Shown here: in pieces, positions 9,087-17,325 of the stretch
Numbering within the stretch: the first letter of the stretch is position 1
How the letters are laid out: the number at the start of each line of letters is the position of its first letter
Notes under the pieces: generated by a model
Told to the model about the DNA's origin: nothing
The model's input: only the letters and a program-made list of their open reading frames with translations
The model's database searches: none
Position numbers and translations under genes: made by a program
From: a virus
Taxonomy: Duplodnaviria; Caudoviricetes
Virus record (IMG/VR): IMGVR_UViG_3300020450_001133
Reading direction: 5' to 3' (one strand)
Length of the DNA: 64,000 bases

Positions 9087-9741
9087 GTTCTATATCGCCT
9101 GATAGAACTCCATCCTTCTTCAATACTAATACTTTGTCTGGGTTTAACCCTTCAACTAATTTTTGATAATGTGTAACAACAATCAAAGTGTTATTATCAT
9201 TACGCCATTCATTGAGTTGTTCTATTAATGCTTTTATTCCATCTACATCTAATCCACTGTCTGGTTCATCAAGCATTGCCAATTTGGTATTAAGCATACT
9301 CATTTGTATGAGTTCATTTTTCTTTTTCTCACCACCACTGGCGTCTGTGTTAAGGTTTCGTTTATCCCAATTATCAGGCAAGTTAAGTTTTGCACTTACT
9401 TCTTTAAAATTTCTTAATGTTTCTGCTATATCTTTTCCTGATATATTTAATGCCTGTTTCATAAACTGAAAGTTACTTAAACCAGGTACACTTGTTGGTG
9501 CTTGGAAACCTACAAACATTCCTAGTCTTGCTCTTTCATCTGTTTCTAACTCTGTAAGGTCACTACCCATAAAAGTCATTTCGCCAGATACATTAAGGTC
9601 AGGTCTTCCCATGATGCCATGTAATAGGGTGCTTTTACCTACACCATTACTTCCCATCACCACATAAGTTTTGCCAATGTCGAAAGTCGTACTGACATTG
9701 TCAAGTATATGTTCTACAGAAAAATCTTTTAATTTTAACAT
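9046..9741 (-). CDS. sufC: Fe-S assembly ABC ATPase SufC
   Basis: GSNGVGKST Walker A, FQAP Q-loop, SGGEKK signature, LDEPDSGLD Walker B, VVTHY. Confidence 0.92.
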   Translation of the reverse strand: MLKLKDFSVEHILDNVSTTFDIGKTYVVMGSNGVGKSTLLHGIMGRPDLNVSGEMTFMGSDLTELETDERARLGMFVGFQAPTSVPGLSNFQFMKQALNISGKDIAETLRNFKEVSAKLNLPDNWDKRNLNTDASGGEKKKNELIQMSMLNTKLAMLDEPDSGLDVDGIKALIEQLNEWRNDNNTLIVVTHYQKLVEGLNPDKVLVLKKDGVLSGDIELANKIFSQGFESV

Positions 9742-9747
9742 GCCGAT

Positions 9748-9776
9748 ATTATACTACCTTTTAGGTATTAAGTCAA
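9748..9776 (-). promoter_or_regulatory. sigma70-type promoter internal to the suf cluster
   Basis: TTGACT-17-TATAAT; sufC ATG 6 nt after the -10, no SD. Confidence 0.8.
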
Positions 9777-9778
9777 TA

Positions 9779-11236
9779 TTATCCAACTGCCCCTTCCAGT
9801 TGTACAGCCAACAATTGATTGGCTTCTGCGGCAAACTCTAATGGTAGTTTTTGGAATACGTCTTTACAAAATCCATTCACTACCAAATTCATTGCATCAT
9901 CTTCACTGAATCCTCTAGTTGCAAGATAATACATTTGTTCTTCACTAATTTTTCCAGCACTTGCTTCATGCTCTATCATAGCACTATCATTTTGGCTAGT
10001 TACATAAGGAATTGTTAATGCTCTACTATCTTGTAACATTAAACTATCACACTTTGTATAGTTAGACGCATTTTTGGCTCCTGGATTAACTTTTACTGAA
10101 CCTCTATATGTATTTGTGCTGTCTCCAAAACTTATACCTTTGGATATAATGGTACTTTTGGTATTCTTACCTAAGTGTATCATTTTTGTTCCTGTGTCTG
10201 CTTGTTGTTTGCCTTTTGTTACTGCAACACTAAAGAACTCTCCAATACTACCTTCACCTTTTAAAATGCAACTTGGATATTTCCAAGTTACTGCTGAACC
10301 TGTTTCTACTTGGGTCCAACTAACTTTACTATTTTTGCCTTCGCACTTTGCACGTTTTGTTACAAAGTTATAAACACCACCTACTCCATCTTCATTACCT
10401 GGATACCAATTTTGTACTGTGGAGTATTTTATTTCTGCATTGTCTTTAGTAATTAATTCTACACAGGCGGCATGTAATGTATTCTCATCATATGCTGGTG
10501 CAGTACAACCTTCTAAGTAACTTACATAACTATCTTCGTCTGCTATTATTAATGTGCGTTCAAACTGACCTGTGTTTCTTGCATTTATTCTAAAGTATGT
10601 GTTTAGTTCCATAGGACATGAAACACCTTTAGGGATATACACAAAAGTACCGTCTGTGAATACAGCAGAGTTCAGTGTAGCAAAGTAATTGTCTGTGTAA
10701 GGTATCACACTACCTAAGTATTCTTTAACTAGTTCTTCGTGGTCTTTTACTGCTTCACTAATACTGCAAAATACAATGCCATGCTTCTTTAATTCTGCTT
10801 GGAATGTTGTAGCAACACTAACACTATCAAAGACAGCATCAACGGCTACTGTTGGTATAAGATTTTCTTTTTTTGGTTTTTCTGTATCAAGTCCTAGTAA
10901 GGCATCACGTTCATGCAAAGGAACACCTAACTTTTCAAATGTATCTAAAATCTCTTGTGGTATTTCGTCTTTGTTTCTAGTCTTAGGTGCTGAGTAATAA
11001 CTTAATGCTTGGTAGTCAACAGGGTCATAATCAAGTTCACTCCAATTGGGCTCACTCATCTGCTCCCATCTTTTGAATGCTTTTAGTCTAAATTCAAGTA
11101 ACCATTCTGGCTCATCTTTGAGCATACTGATATTTTTAATAATATCTTCATTCAAACCCGTGGGGAATGTTTCGTTTTCTAAATCAGTTACGAATCCTTC
11201 TTTGTAATATTTGTCGTTAAAATTATCAATACTCAT
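9779..11236 (-). CDS. sufB: Fe-S assembly scaffold SufB
   Basis: [58 protein letters not shown]. Confidence 0.96.
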   Translation of the reverse strand: MSIDNFNDKYYKEGFVTDLENETFPTGLNEDIIKNISMLKDEPEWLLEFRLKAFKRWEQMSEPNWSELDYDPVDYQALSYYSAPKTRNKDEIPQEILDTFEKLGVPLHERDALLGLDTEKPKKENLIPTVAVDAVFDSVSVATTFQAELKKHGIVFCSISEAVKDHEELVKEYLGSVIPYTDNYFATLNSAVFTDGTFVYIPKGVSCPMELNTYFRINARNTGQFERTLIIADEDSYVSYLEGCTAPAYDENTLHAACVELITKDNAEIKYSTVQNWYPGNEDGVGGVYNFVTKRAKCEGKNSKVSWTQVETGSAVTWKYPSCILKGEGSIGEFFSVAVTKGKQQADTGTKMIHLGKNTKSTIISKGISFGDSTNTYRGSVKVNPGAKNASNYTKCDSLMLQDSRALTIPYVTSQNDSAMIEHEASAGKISEEQMYYLATRGFSEDDAMNLVVNGFCKDVFQKLPLEFAAEANQLLAVQLEGAVG

Positions 11237-11538
11237 TATTCCACTTGTTTAACTTTTAATTGTAAAGGATGTCCTTGTCCTCTAGCAACGGTTGTTCCTT
11301 CTGCACATTTCTGTTCTGCAATTTCATAAGAATATGTACCAGCAACTGCTGAACCTGACTCATGAACTTCGAGTGTTACGTCTTTTGCTGACTTAAGATT
11401 CTTGTTAAAGATTTCAACTAACAGTTTGATTACAAATTCTACTGGAGTAAAATCGTCATTAAAAATTATAACATCATACCTTGGTGGGTATTTTAATGCT
11501 ACATTAGTTCTTGTCTTTTGTTCAACTTGTTCTGTCAT
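11236..11538 (-). CDS. clpS: N-degron adaptor ClpS
   Basis: [19 protein letters not shown]...[24 protein letters not shown]. Confidence 0.92.
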   Translation of the reverse strand: MTEQVEQKTRTNVALKYPPRYDVIIFNDDFTPVEFVIKLLVEIFNKNLKSAKDVTLEVHESGSAVAGTYSYEIAEQKCAEGTTVARGQGHPLQLKVKQVE

Positions 11539-11539
11539 A

Positions 11540-11743
11540 TTATTTACTATGTGGTGGTAATTTTGCCTCTACAAACATTTCATGTTTTCGTTTAACCGGA
11601 TTATACTTTCTTAATTTTAACTTCTGATTTTCAATTGTCAACCTTTTTGTTTTCAAAGCGGTGTAATGATATGTGTGACTATCTCTGGTTTCACCTTCCG
11701 GTATTAAATAAACTAAGGTTTTTCTTTTGTCTTTCTTTGCCAT
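11540..11743 (-). CDS. rpmG: Ribosomal protein bL33 (Cys-free type)
   Basis: KLKLRKYNPVKRKHEMFVEAK C-terminal L33 signature. Confidence 0.8.
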   Translation of the reverse strand: MAKKDKRKTLVYLIPEGETRDSHTYHYTALKTKRLTIENQKLKLRKYNPVKRKHEMFVEAKLPPHSK

Positions 11744-11752
11744 AATAATAAA

Positions 11753-11776
11753 GGGTAGCAGAAAATACTGCTACCC
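11753..11776 (-). terminator. Hairpin between hsp20 and rpmG (terminator or processing site)
   Basis: Perfect 9-bp stem GGGTAGCAG/CTGCTACCC followed by TTTATT. Confidence 0.6.
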
Positions 11777-11794
11777 ACATATTTACCGCAAAGT

Positions 11795-12235
11795 TTATGA
11801 TATTTTTATCTTTTGTGGTTTCATAGCATCAGGTACGTTCCTGAACAATGAAACTCTTAAAATACCATCTTCTAGTTTTGCTGATTTTACTTCTACAAAC
11901 TCTGCTAGTTTGAATGTTCTAGTAAAGTTTCTTTCAGCAATACCTTTATGAAGATACTCAATTTCATCTGAATCTAATACAGCAGATGTACCTGATATTT
12001 TTAAAGTACCATCTTCTATTTCAATTTCGATGTCATCTTTCTTAAAACCTGCAACGGCTAAAGTTATTTCATATATGTCATCTTTGCCTTTGCTGATATT
12101 AAAGGGTGGATACCCTGTTGCGTTATTTGTGAAAGTAGGGTCGTTAAAGAATTGCTCTGCAAGTCTATCAAAGCCTACGGACATTTTATATAGTGGGGAT
12201 AGTGATTCGGTTGTGAATCGGATTTGCTTATTCAT
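11795..12235 (-). CDS. Small heat-shock protein Hsp20 (IbpA-like)
   Basis: GFDRL, YPPFNI, LAVAGF, YLHKGIAERNFTRTFKLA, LEDGIL. Confidence 0.93.
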   Translation of the reverse strand: MNKQIRFTTESLSPLYKMSVGFDRLAEQFFNDPTFTNNATGYPPFNISKGKDDIYEITLAVAGFKKDDIEIEIEDGTLKISGTSAVLDSDEIEYLHKGIAERNFTRTFKLAEFVEVKSAKLEDGILRVSLFRNVPDAMKPQKIKIS

Positions 12236-12241
12236 ATTAAT

Positions 12242-12303
12242 CTCCTATATTTAGCAAGTTAATCTATTCCAACTTTTAAAACCCTAATGGCGAATTAAAA
12301 GTT
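12242..12303 (-). promoter_or_regulatory. ROSE-type RNA thermometer leader of hsp20
   Basis: CUUGCU-AAAUAU-AGGAG hairpin (UUGCU with bulged G opposite the SD) at 12242-12258; upstream 9-bp hairpin around TTCGCCATTAGGG. Confidence 0.7.
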
Positions 12304-12304
12304 C

Positions 12305-12594
12305 GCGTGTGAGGTCGTTTCTGTTAGTATGTGTCTGTATCTCCTCACGACACTTGTCCATCTTCTTGGTTTCTTTTGATGTTACCATCTCCAGTCCTTT
12401 GTTGGTGGACCCAATCATGTATATACTTCTTAGTCTGTTACCATTCGGTTTATTTCACTTACGATCCTTAAACCTTGTGTATCTTCCCAGTTGTTTATAC
12501 AAGGCATTTCTGGTTGTCCTAGTTGTACAGTAGACATTAGTCTCTTACGATTCCAATGCCCTTGCACTTCTTTGTCCTTCCTTAAAATGCAAAG
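12305..12594 (-). ncRNA. Candidate ~290-nt structured RNA
   Basis: Several stems and GUAA loops seen by eye downstream of the promoters at 12596-12643; no convincing SD-led ORF. Confidence 0.35.
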
Positions 12595-12613
12595 ATATTT
12601 ATAATCTATATGT

Positions 12614-12643
12614 ATTATATAGTACTTTTTTGGCAAAAATCAA
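12614..12643 (-). promoter_or_regulatory. sigma70-type promoter; a TATAAATA late-type element lies just downstream at 12596-12603
   Basis: TTGATT-18-TATAAT. Confidence 0.65.
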
Positions 12644-12720
12644 CCTTTTTTGACATCTTTTTTATATTTTTTCATTAAAAACTATTATTATTGGGCCTTT
12701 TGCTAGGTATAAGTAATTGT

Positions 12721-12957
12721 ATGCAACAAGACAAATTTGCAAAAATAATTCTAATATCCGACTTATTAAAGGATAAAGAAGCAAAAGAAGAAGAACTTGC
12801 ATATTACGAAAAAGTAATGCAAGAACTCCTGGTTAAAATGCATATGGTTAAAAATGAAATAAACTTAACCAACACAATTATAGATGTTATAAAAAACGAA
12901 AAAGCGGACATACTACAACAGTTTATAGAATCTAAAGACAACACTAGAGTAATATAA
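12721..12957 (+). CDS. Hypothetical coiled-coil protein
   Basis: MQQDKFAK...; start reassigned (AGGT upstream). Confidence 0.55.
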   Translation: MQQDKFAKIILISDLLKDKEAKEEELAYYEKVMQELLVKMHMVKNEINLTNTIIDVIKNEKADILQQFIESKDNTRVI

Positions 12958-13018
12958 ATCCATATATCGAAAAACATCTTGTATTCACCCTCCCTGTGAA
13001 TACTTGGGGAGAAAACAA

Positions 13019-13270
13019 ATGAATACGAGAAAGCGACATAGAATCATCTCGACATTAAAAGCCTGTACATGGCGTGTACTTGCGTCTGCTGACACCTTTC
13101 TAATTGGTTTCTTATTAACAGGTAGTGCGGCTATTGGTGCCAGTATTGCTAGTATAGAAGTATTAACTAAAATGTTCTTATACTATTGGCATGAAAGAAT
13201 GTGGGAAAAGCCAAAGATTAATATGTTTGTTATGCAGTCTTATAAAAGAATAGGGTCCTATATAAAATAA
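13019..13270 (+). CDS. DUF2061-family membrane protein
   Basis: LKACTWRVLASADT...EVLTKMFLYYWHERMW; GGGGAG SD. Confidence 0.75.
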   Translation: MNTRKRHRIISTLKACTWRVLASADTFLIGFLLTGSAAIGASIASIEVLTKMFLYYWHERMWEKPKINMFVMQSYKRIGSYIK

Positions 13271-13314
13271 AACCCTATCCAAAGTTATTAATAACGTAAA
13301 GGACTTCTAATTAC

Positions 13315-13959
13315 TTAGAATGATTTGCTAACTGAAAATACGAAAGTATCTTCGTCTGCAAGTCCTGAGCCGTCTTCAGCGGCAAAGTCTACATAAGCAA
13401 CTGTTCCTTCAATACCCATAGGTAAATCAAAACTTCTACTTACTGACCAATTATCGCCTACAGTATCCCAAGAACCATAAGACACATCAACTGCGTCCAT
13501 TACGTTATATGAGACTTCTGTATAGTCGTTGAAGTCATCGTTTCCGATGAAATGTGAGACAGACAAGTCTTTCCATGTTCCTGAAATATAAACTTCAGAA
13601 CCATCTAAAGCACCATCACCACTATATGCATAATCGATGTAACCAACGTCAAGACTAATGTCATTGCCTATTGATCCAGCCCAACCTACATATAGGTCAG
13701 TTTCTCTGTCTGCATCACTGCCAACATAAGAAACTTCTGATGCCCAAACTCCAGCATAAATGCCTTTACCTGCGTCTACATGTAGACCCATTGATAAAGC
13801 ACTATCGCCTTCTGTTTGAGATTGTCCTCTGAAAATGTAGTCACTTCCGTAACCAACACTTCCACTCACTGAAGCCGCTTGGGCTCCGAATGCCATAATA
13901 GACAATAGTATAATTACTAAAGCCTTATATCCATTCTCAATACTGATTAAATTTTTCAT
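13315..13959 (-). CDS. TorF-family putative outer-membrane porin
   Basis: Signal peptide, SDYIFRGQSQT, GIYAGVWAS, ETDLYVG, C-terminal Phe. Confidence 0.8.
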   Translation of the reverse strand: MKNLISIENGYKALVIILLSIMAFGAQAASVSGSVGYGSDYIFRGQSQTEGDSALSMGLHVDAGKGIYAGVWASEVSYVGSDADRETDLYVGWAGSIGNDISLDVGYIDYAYSGDGALDGSEVYISGTWKDLSVSHFIGNDDFNDYTEVSYNVMDAVDVSYGSWDTVGDNWSVSRSFDLPMGIEGTVAYVDFAAEDGSGLADEDTFVFSVSKSF

Positions 13960-14036
13960 TTAATCCTCCTTCTTATTATTATATTACTATGCTACAACAG
14001 ACAATAATACTGCCTGTTTTGTCACAGTAATCTATT

Positions 14037-14065
14037 ATTATACACAAAGTAGGAATATATGTCAA
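14037..14065 (-). promoter_or_regulatory. sigma70-type promoter of the porin gene
   Basis: TTGACA-17-TATAAT. Confidence 0.8.
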
Positions 14066-14069
14066 CCTT

Positions 14070-14111
14070 TTATCCAATAAATATCAACAAGTTATCCACA
14101 GGATATTAACA
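14070..14111 (+). repeat. Four 9-mers at 11-bp phasing, including one perfect DnaA box
   Basis: TTATCCAAT, ATATCAACA, TTATCCACA, ATATTAACA starting at 14070, 14081, 14092, 14103. Confidence 0.5.
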
Positions 14112-14402
14112 ATATTCTAGTTTATATGGAAATTAAAAAAGTGTGTTTTTTGATTGGAGACTTATACTTATCTAATAAATGTGTTTGGATTTTGTTTGGA
14201 TAATGAGAATACCTTTAGAAAAAAGTGTTACTCATTTACAACACTCTCTTCTATTAGATTGGCTGAGTTGCTTCTACGTCTACTTGAATGTACTATTTCA
14301 ACGTCTAATCCAACAAAACCACAATAAACGCCGAACACAATATTAATGATTATCTGTTTGTGTTCTTTCTTCCATATGTGTTTTCAATCAATCATAAAAA
14401 AA

Positions 14403-14420
14403 GCACACCCGAAGGTGTGC
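14403..14420 (-). terminator. Rho-independent terminator
   Basis: GCACACC-TTCG-GGTGTGC + U-tract; identical to the hairpin at 25634. Confidence 0.88.
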
Positions 14421-14451
14421 TTTTACTTAACCGTATTAGGTTATTTGCTAC

Positions 14452-14715
14452 TTAAGAAGTGGCAAGTGATTTGTACCCTGCGGCAATAACGGCTCTAGAA
14501 GCAGTACCTAGTCTGTAAACATTTCTAGTTCTACCTTTAGTGTCAGTTACCGTGTTAAGGTAAATTGGATAACCTTTGAAACGTAGTGATTGAATCACTG
14601 CTTGTGGGTTACCAGCACCAAAATGTGCTTTGATTTGAGCTGAACTTAAAGTTCTGCCTTCTTGTAGAGCTGAAAGTACTTTCATCTCTTTACTTACGAA
14701 TGTTGTTGTAGTCAT
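14452..14715 (-). CDS. Small winged-HTH-like phage DNA-binding protein
   Basis: KVLSALQEGRTLSSAQI..FGAGNPQAVIQSLRFKGYPIY; AGGAGG SD before the ATG at 14715. Confidence 0.7.
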   Translation of the reverse strand: MTTTTFVSKEMKVLSALQEGRTLSSAQIKAHFGAGNPQAVIQSLRFKGYPIYLNTVTDTKGRTRNVYRLGTASRAVIAAGYKSLATS

Positions 14716-14810
14716 ATGACCTCCTAATTTCAACAAACCAACTAATCTAAATATAAAATTTTTCATAGTCTTTTTAATTATGTTAAGGACAATTCCTTAA
14801 CTTACTCACT

Positions 14811-14838
14811 ATTATACGTCTTTTGTTTTCAATGTCAA
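14811..14838 (-). promoter_or_regulatory. sigma70-type early promoter; an 8-bp hairpin (14782-14801) follows near +1
   Basis: TTGACA-16-TATAAT; GTTAAGGA-ATTG-TCCTTAAC. Confidence 0.8.
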
Positions 14839-15260
14839 CCTTTTTTTGACATTAAATATGTTTCGTTATGAATCCACTTGTTTTTCTTGATAAATCCCCA
14901 TTCTCTAACACGTGGACCTACAAAAAATAATGTCCAAACGTCAACACCAGGCTCTAATTCTATACGGTGTAATGACTTACTACCAGCAAATCTCATACTT
15001 CCTGCTTTACGCCAAAACTTTCCTTTGGGTGTGTATTCCCAATATCCACCTTTAAGTATGATTGTGAAGTAACTCCAAGGATGGTCATGTAGGTCATCTG
15101 GGTCACCTTTATGAAAATTATGTAGGAAAAAATTAAAAGGGAACCATTTTCTATCTTTTAGGAATACATAATACCTAGTTAGATATGGTTCTTGGTGTAT
15201 TCGGTCCAGTATTATTCGTTTTCTACCAAACCTTTCTAGTAGATTAAGAAGAATTTTCAT
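14835..15260 (-). CDS. Cupin-fold phage protein
   Basis: LHNFHKGDPDDLHDHPW...GGYWE...LHRIEL; start reassigned to MKILLN. Confidence 0.7.
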   Translation of the reverse strand: MKILLNLLERFGRKRIILDRIHQEPYLTRYYVFLKDRKWFPFNFFLHNFHKGDPDDLHDHPWSYFTIILKGGYWEYTPKGKFWRKAGSMRFAGSKSLHRIELEPGVDVWTLFFVGPRVREWGFIKKNKWIHNETYLMSKKG

Positions 15261-15690
15261 GTTCTGCAACTCTCTGTCTGAGACTGGTACTGCTAAAACT
15301 ATGGTCTCTGCCATTGAATACTAATTTAATATTCCTGTCTTTGCAGATTTGCTTACCAGTGAATTGTTTATCTTTGTATTCAACTCCTAACACTCTAACA
15401 TTTATAGGAAGTGTTAAAAGTAAATCCTCTAAATCTTGCTCTGTTGCGTAACATACTATTTCATCTACATATTTTACAGCCGCCAACTGTATTTGTCTTT
15501 CTACTAAACTTTGTACTGGCGGATTTTTACTGTCTGGTCTGTCTATTGTAGGATCAGTTTGCAATCCTACTATCAAAAAATCACAATGTCTTTTTGCTTC
15601 TTCAAGCATTGTGATATGACCTGCATGTAACAAATCGAATGTACTACAAGTAAATCCTATTTTGCCACAATCTTTATAACTGAGTCTCAT
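15244..15690 (-). CDS. Cytidylyltransferase (TagD-like, HIGH superfamily)
   Basis: STFDLLHAGH, LIVGLQTD, KYVDEIV, FSSTSLR. Confidence 0.88.
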   Translation of the reverse strand: MRLSYKDCGKIGFTCSTFDLLHAGHITMLEEAKRHCDFLIVGLQTDPTIDRPDSKNPPVQSLVERQIQLAAVKYVDEIVCYATEQDLEDLLLTLPINVRVLGVEYKDKQFTGKQICKDRNIKLVFNGRDHSFSSTSLRQRVAEHENSS

Positions 15691-16127
15691 GCAAAGTCCT
15701 TTAACATTTTTTTGATTTCTAATGCGTGTTGTTCTTCTTGTCCAATTTGTCCTCTAGCATATTCTTCTAAATACACACTGGCACCTTCTACTTCAGAAAG
15801 TAGTTCTTTATATAAATTAACTGCATGAGTTTCATGTTCTAAACTTTCTTGTAATATTTGAACAATGCTATGGTCATGTGATTCCACAATTGGTGCTATA
15901 ACTTGACTAGGATGTCCGTCTAAGCCTGTAATTAATTCTCCGGCTTGTAAGGCATGTTGTAAACTTTCATTTGCTTGTTCTTGCAAAAATGTTACAATAG
16001 GAATCCTGTAAGGTCCAGTAATCATTAACGAACTATGTGCGTATCTGACAACTCCAGCCATTTCATATTCCACTATTGAATTAAGTATCTCACATACTTT
16101 ACTTTGGTTTAATTCTTTCAATTCCAT
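15687..16127 (-). CDS. Bacterioferritin/ferritin-like protein
   Basis: E..Y, ESLQH, LEHE, EEQH diiron-type ExxH motifs in a four-helix pattern. Confidence 0.75.
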   Translation of the reverse strand: MELKELNQSKVCEILNSIVEYEMAGVVRYAHSSLMITGPYRIPIVTFLQEQANESLQHALQAGELITGLDGHPSQVIAPIVESHDHSIVQILQESLEHETHAVNLYKELLSEVEGASVYLEEYARGQIGQEEQHALEIKKMLKDFA

Positions 16128-16897
16128 TATTCTCCGTTATAATAATGAAGACGTTCTATATCATCTTCACTGGTCTCATCACCATATTGTATTTCAATAA
16201 TGTGACATGGTTTATCATTTCTATTAACAATTTGATGCCAATCATTTGCTTTCACATGAAAATTATCATCTTGTTTAAGAGTTACATTTGTAAAGTTGTC
16301 TGGATTACTAGCACTATACTTTACTTCGCATTCTCCTTTACTGACAAACCATATTTCACTTCTTTTAAAGTGACGTTGATAACTGATACCTTTCCCTGGT
16401 TCAATTATCAACTCCTTAACTTTTACTACTTCATCTTGGAACAAATCACTAAATTCGCCCCAAACCCTTCTAGTAGTTGGATATTGCCATTCCTTTAGTA
16501 TCCAACTGCTACTGTTTGATTTATTGGAACCTCCAACACCAAACACAAATTCAACGCCTTCAACAATCATTTCTGGAATGTTATCTTTTGTTCTATCACC
16601 TCCGTTGCAAAAGATAATTTCTGCATGTTCATATGCCTTCTTGGCATTTTCCAGAGCCTCAACTGCTGAGCCGTCTTTATCATCGAAACCCCAAACATTG
16701 TCTACCATGTCCATTGTTTCTAGAATTCTTGCCCTCTCTTCGAAAGGCATAAAGGGCCTGCCTTTTTTTCTTGTGAGCCACTCATCGCTATTAAGTGCTA
16801 CAACTAGTTTGTCTCCTAATTGTTTTGCTCCTTCTAAGTAGTCTATATGTCCAGAATGCAGTGGATCAAATCCACCTGATACGACTACTACTTTCAT
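16127..16897 (-). CDS. Bifunctional cytidylyltransferase (RfaE/HldE-like) + mannose-6-P isomerase-type cupin
   Basis: SGGFDPLHSGH, NSDEWLTRKKG, NGGDRT; C-terminal RVWG...QRHFKRSEIW...WHQIVN. Confidence 0.85.
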   Translation of the reverse strand: MKVVVVSGGFDPLHSGHIDYLEGAKQLGDKLVVALNSDEWLTRKKGRPFMPFEERARILETMDMVDNVWGFDDKDGSAVEALENAKKAYEHAEIIFCNGGDRTKDNIPEMIVEGVEFVFGVGGSNKSNSSSWILKEWQYPTTRRVWGEFSDLFQDEVVKVKELIIEPGKGISYQRHFKRSEIWFVSKGECEVKYSASNPDNFTNVTLKQDDNFHVKANDWHQIVNRNDKPCHIIEIQYGDETSEDDIERLHYYNGE

Positions 16898-17325
16898 TAG
16901 AAGTTACCACGACTTCTCTGCATAGCGGCTATCCTTTCGTTGTATTCTCTTACTCGCCTTGTTTTACGTTTGGACTTCATCCATTTTTGACCAGTGGGCA
17001 TGTATTGTTTAAAATCGCCTCTTGCTTCGGCTTCTCTAACATACTTGTCCCATCTCTTTTTGGCTTGTTTCTTTTTACGATTTCTTTTTGCACTAGGCTT
17101 TTCGTAATATTGTTGCTTTGCTAATTCCTTTTGGAATTCTGCTTTTTCTAATCTCTTTTTCAAAACTCTTAATGCCTTATTCACGTCGTTGTTTCGAACT
17201 TCAATAGAACTATTGAATTTGTCCAGATAATGTTTATCTTTCTTAGGTTGTTCTTTCCTTTTATTGGAGTTCCAACCTTGCGTTATCTTTCTACTTTGCT
17301 GTCTGCCTTGCGATTTATTACTCAA
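16897..17325 (-). CDS. rpsU: Ribosomal protein bS21 with N- and C-terminal basic extensions
   Basis: IEVRNNDVNKALRVLKKRL...YYEKPSAKRNRKK core. Confidence 0.82.
   Translation of the reverse strand: MSNKSQGRQQSRKITQGWNSNKRKEQPKKDKHYLDKFNSSIEVRNNDVNKALRVLKKRLEKAEFQKELAKQQYYEKPSAKRNRKKKQAKKRWDKYVREAEARGDFKQYMPTGQKWMKSKRKTRRVREYNERIAAMQRSRGNF

Noticed and set aside
12305-12594. tmRNA (GGTCCACCA), RNase P (ACAGAA) or group I intron (GAGACTA, CAGACTA) identity
   Set aside because: There is no T-loop or tag frame, no GAGGAAAGUCC, and no consistent P4/P6/P7 order or interrupted host gene. Kept only as an unassigned candidate.
14203-14395. Stop-preceded ~55-codon open frame (KHIWKKEHK...) suggesting readthrough
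   Set aside because: It has no usable start or SD, and the region is better explained as non-coding or structured.
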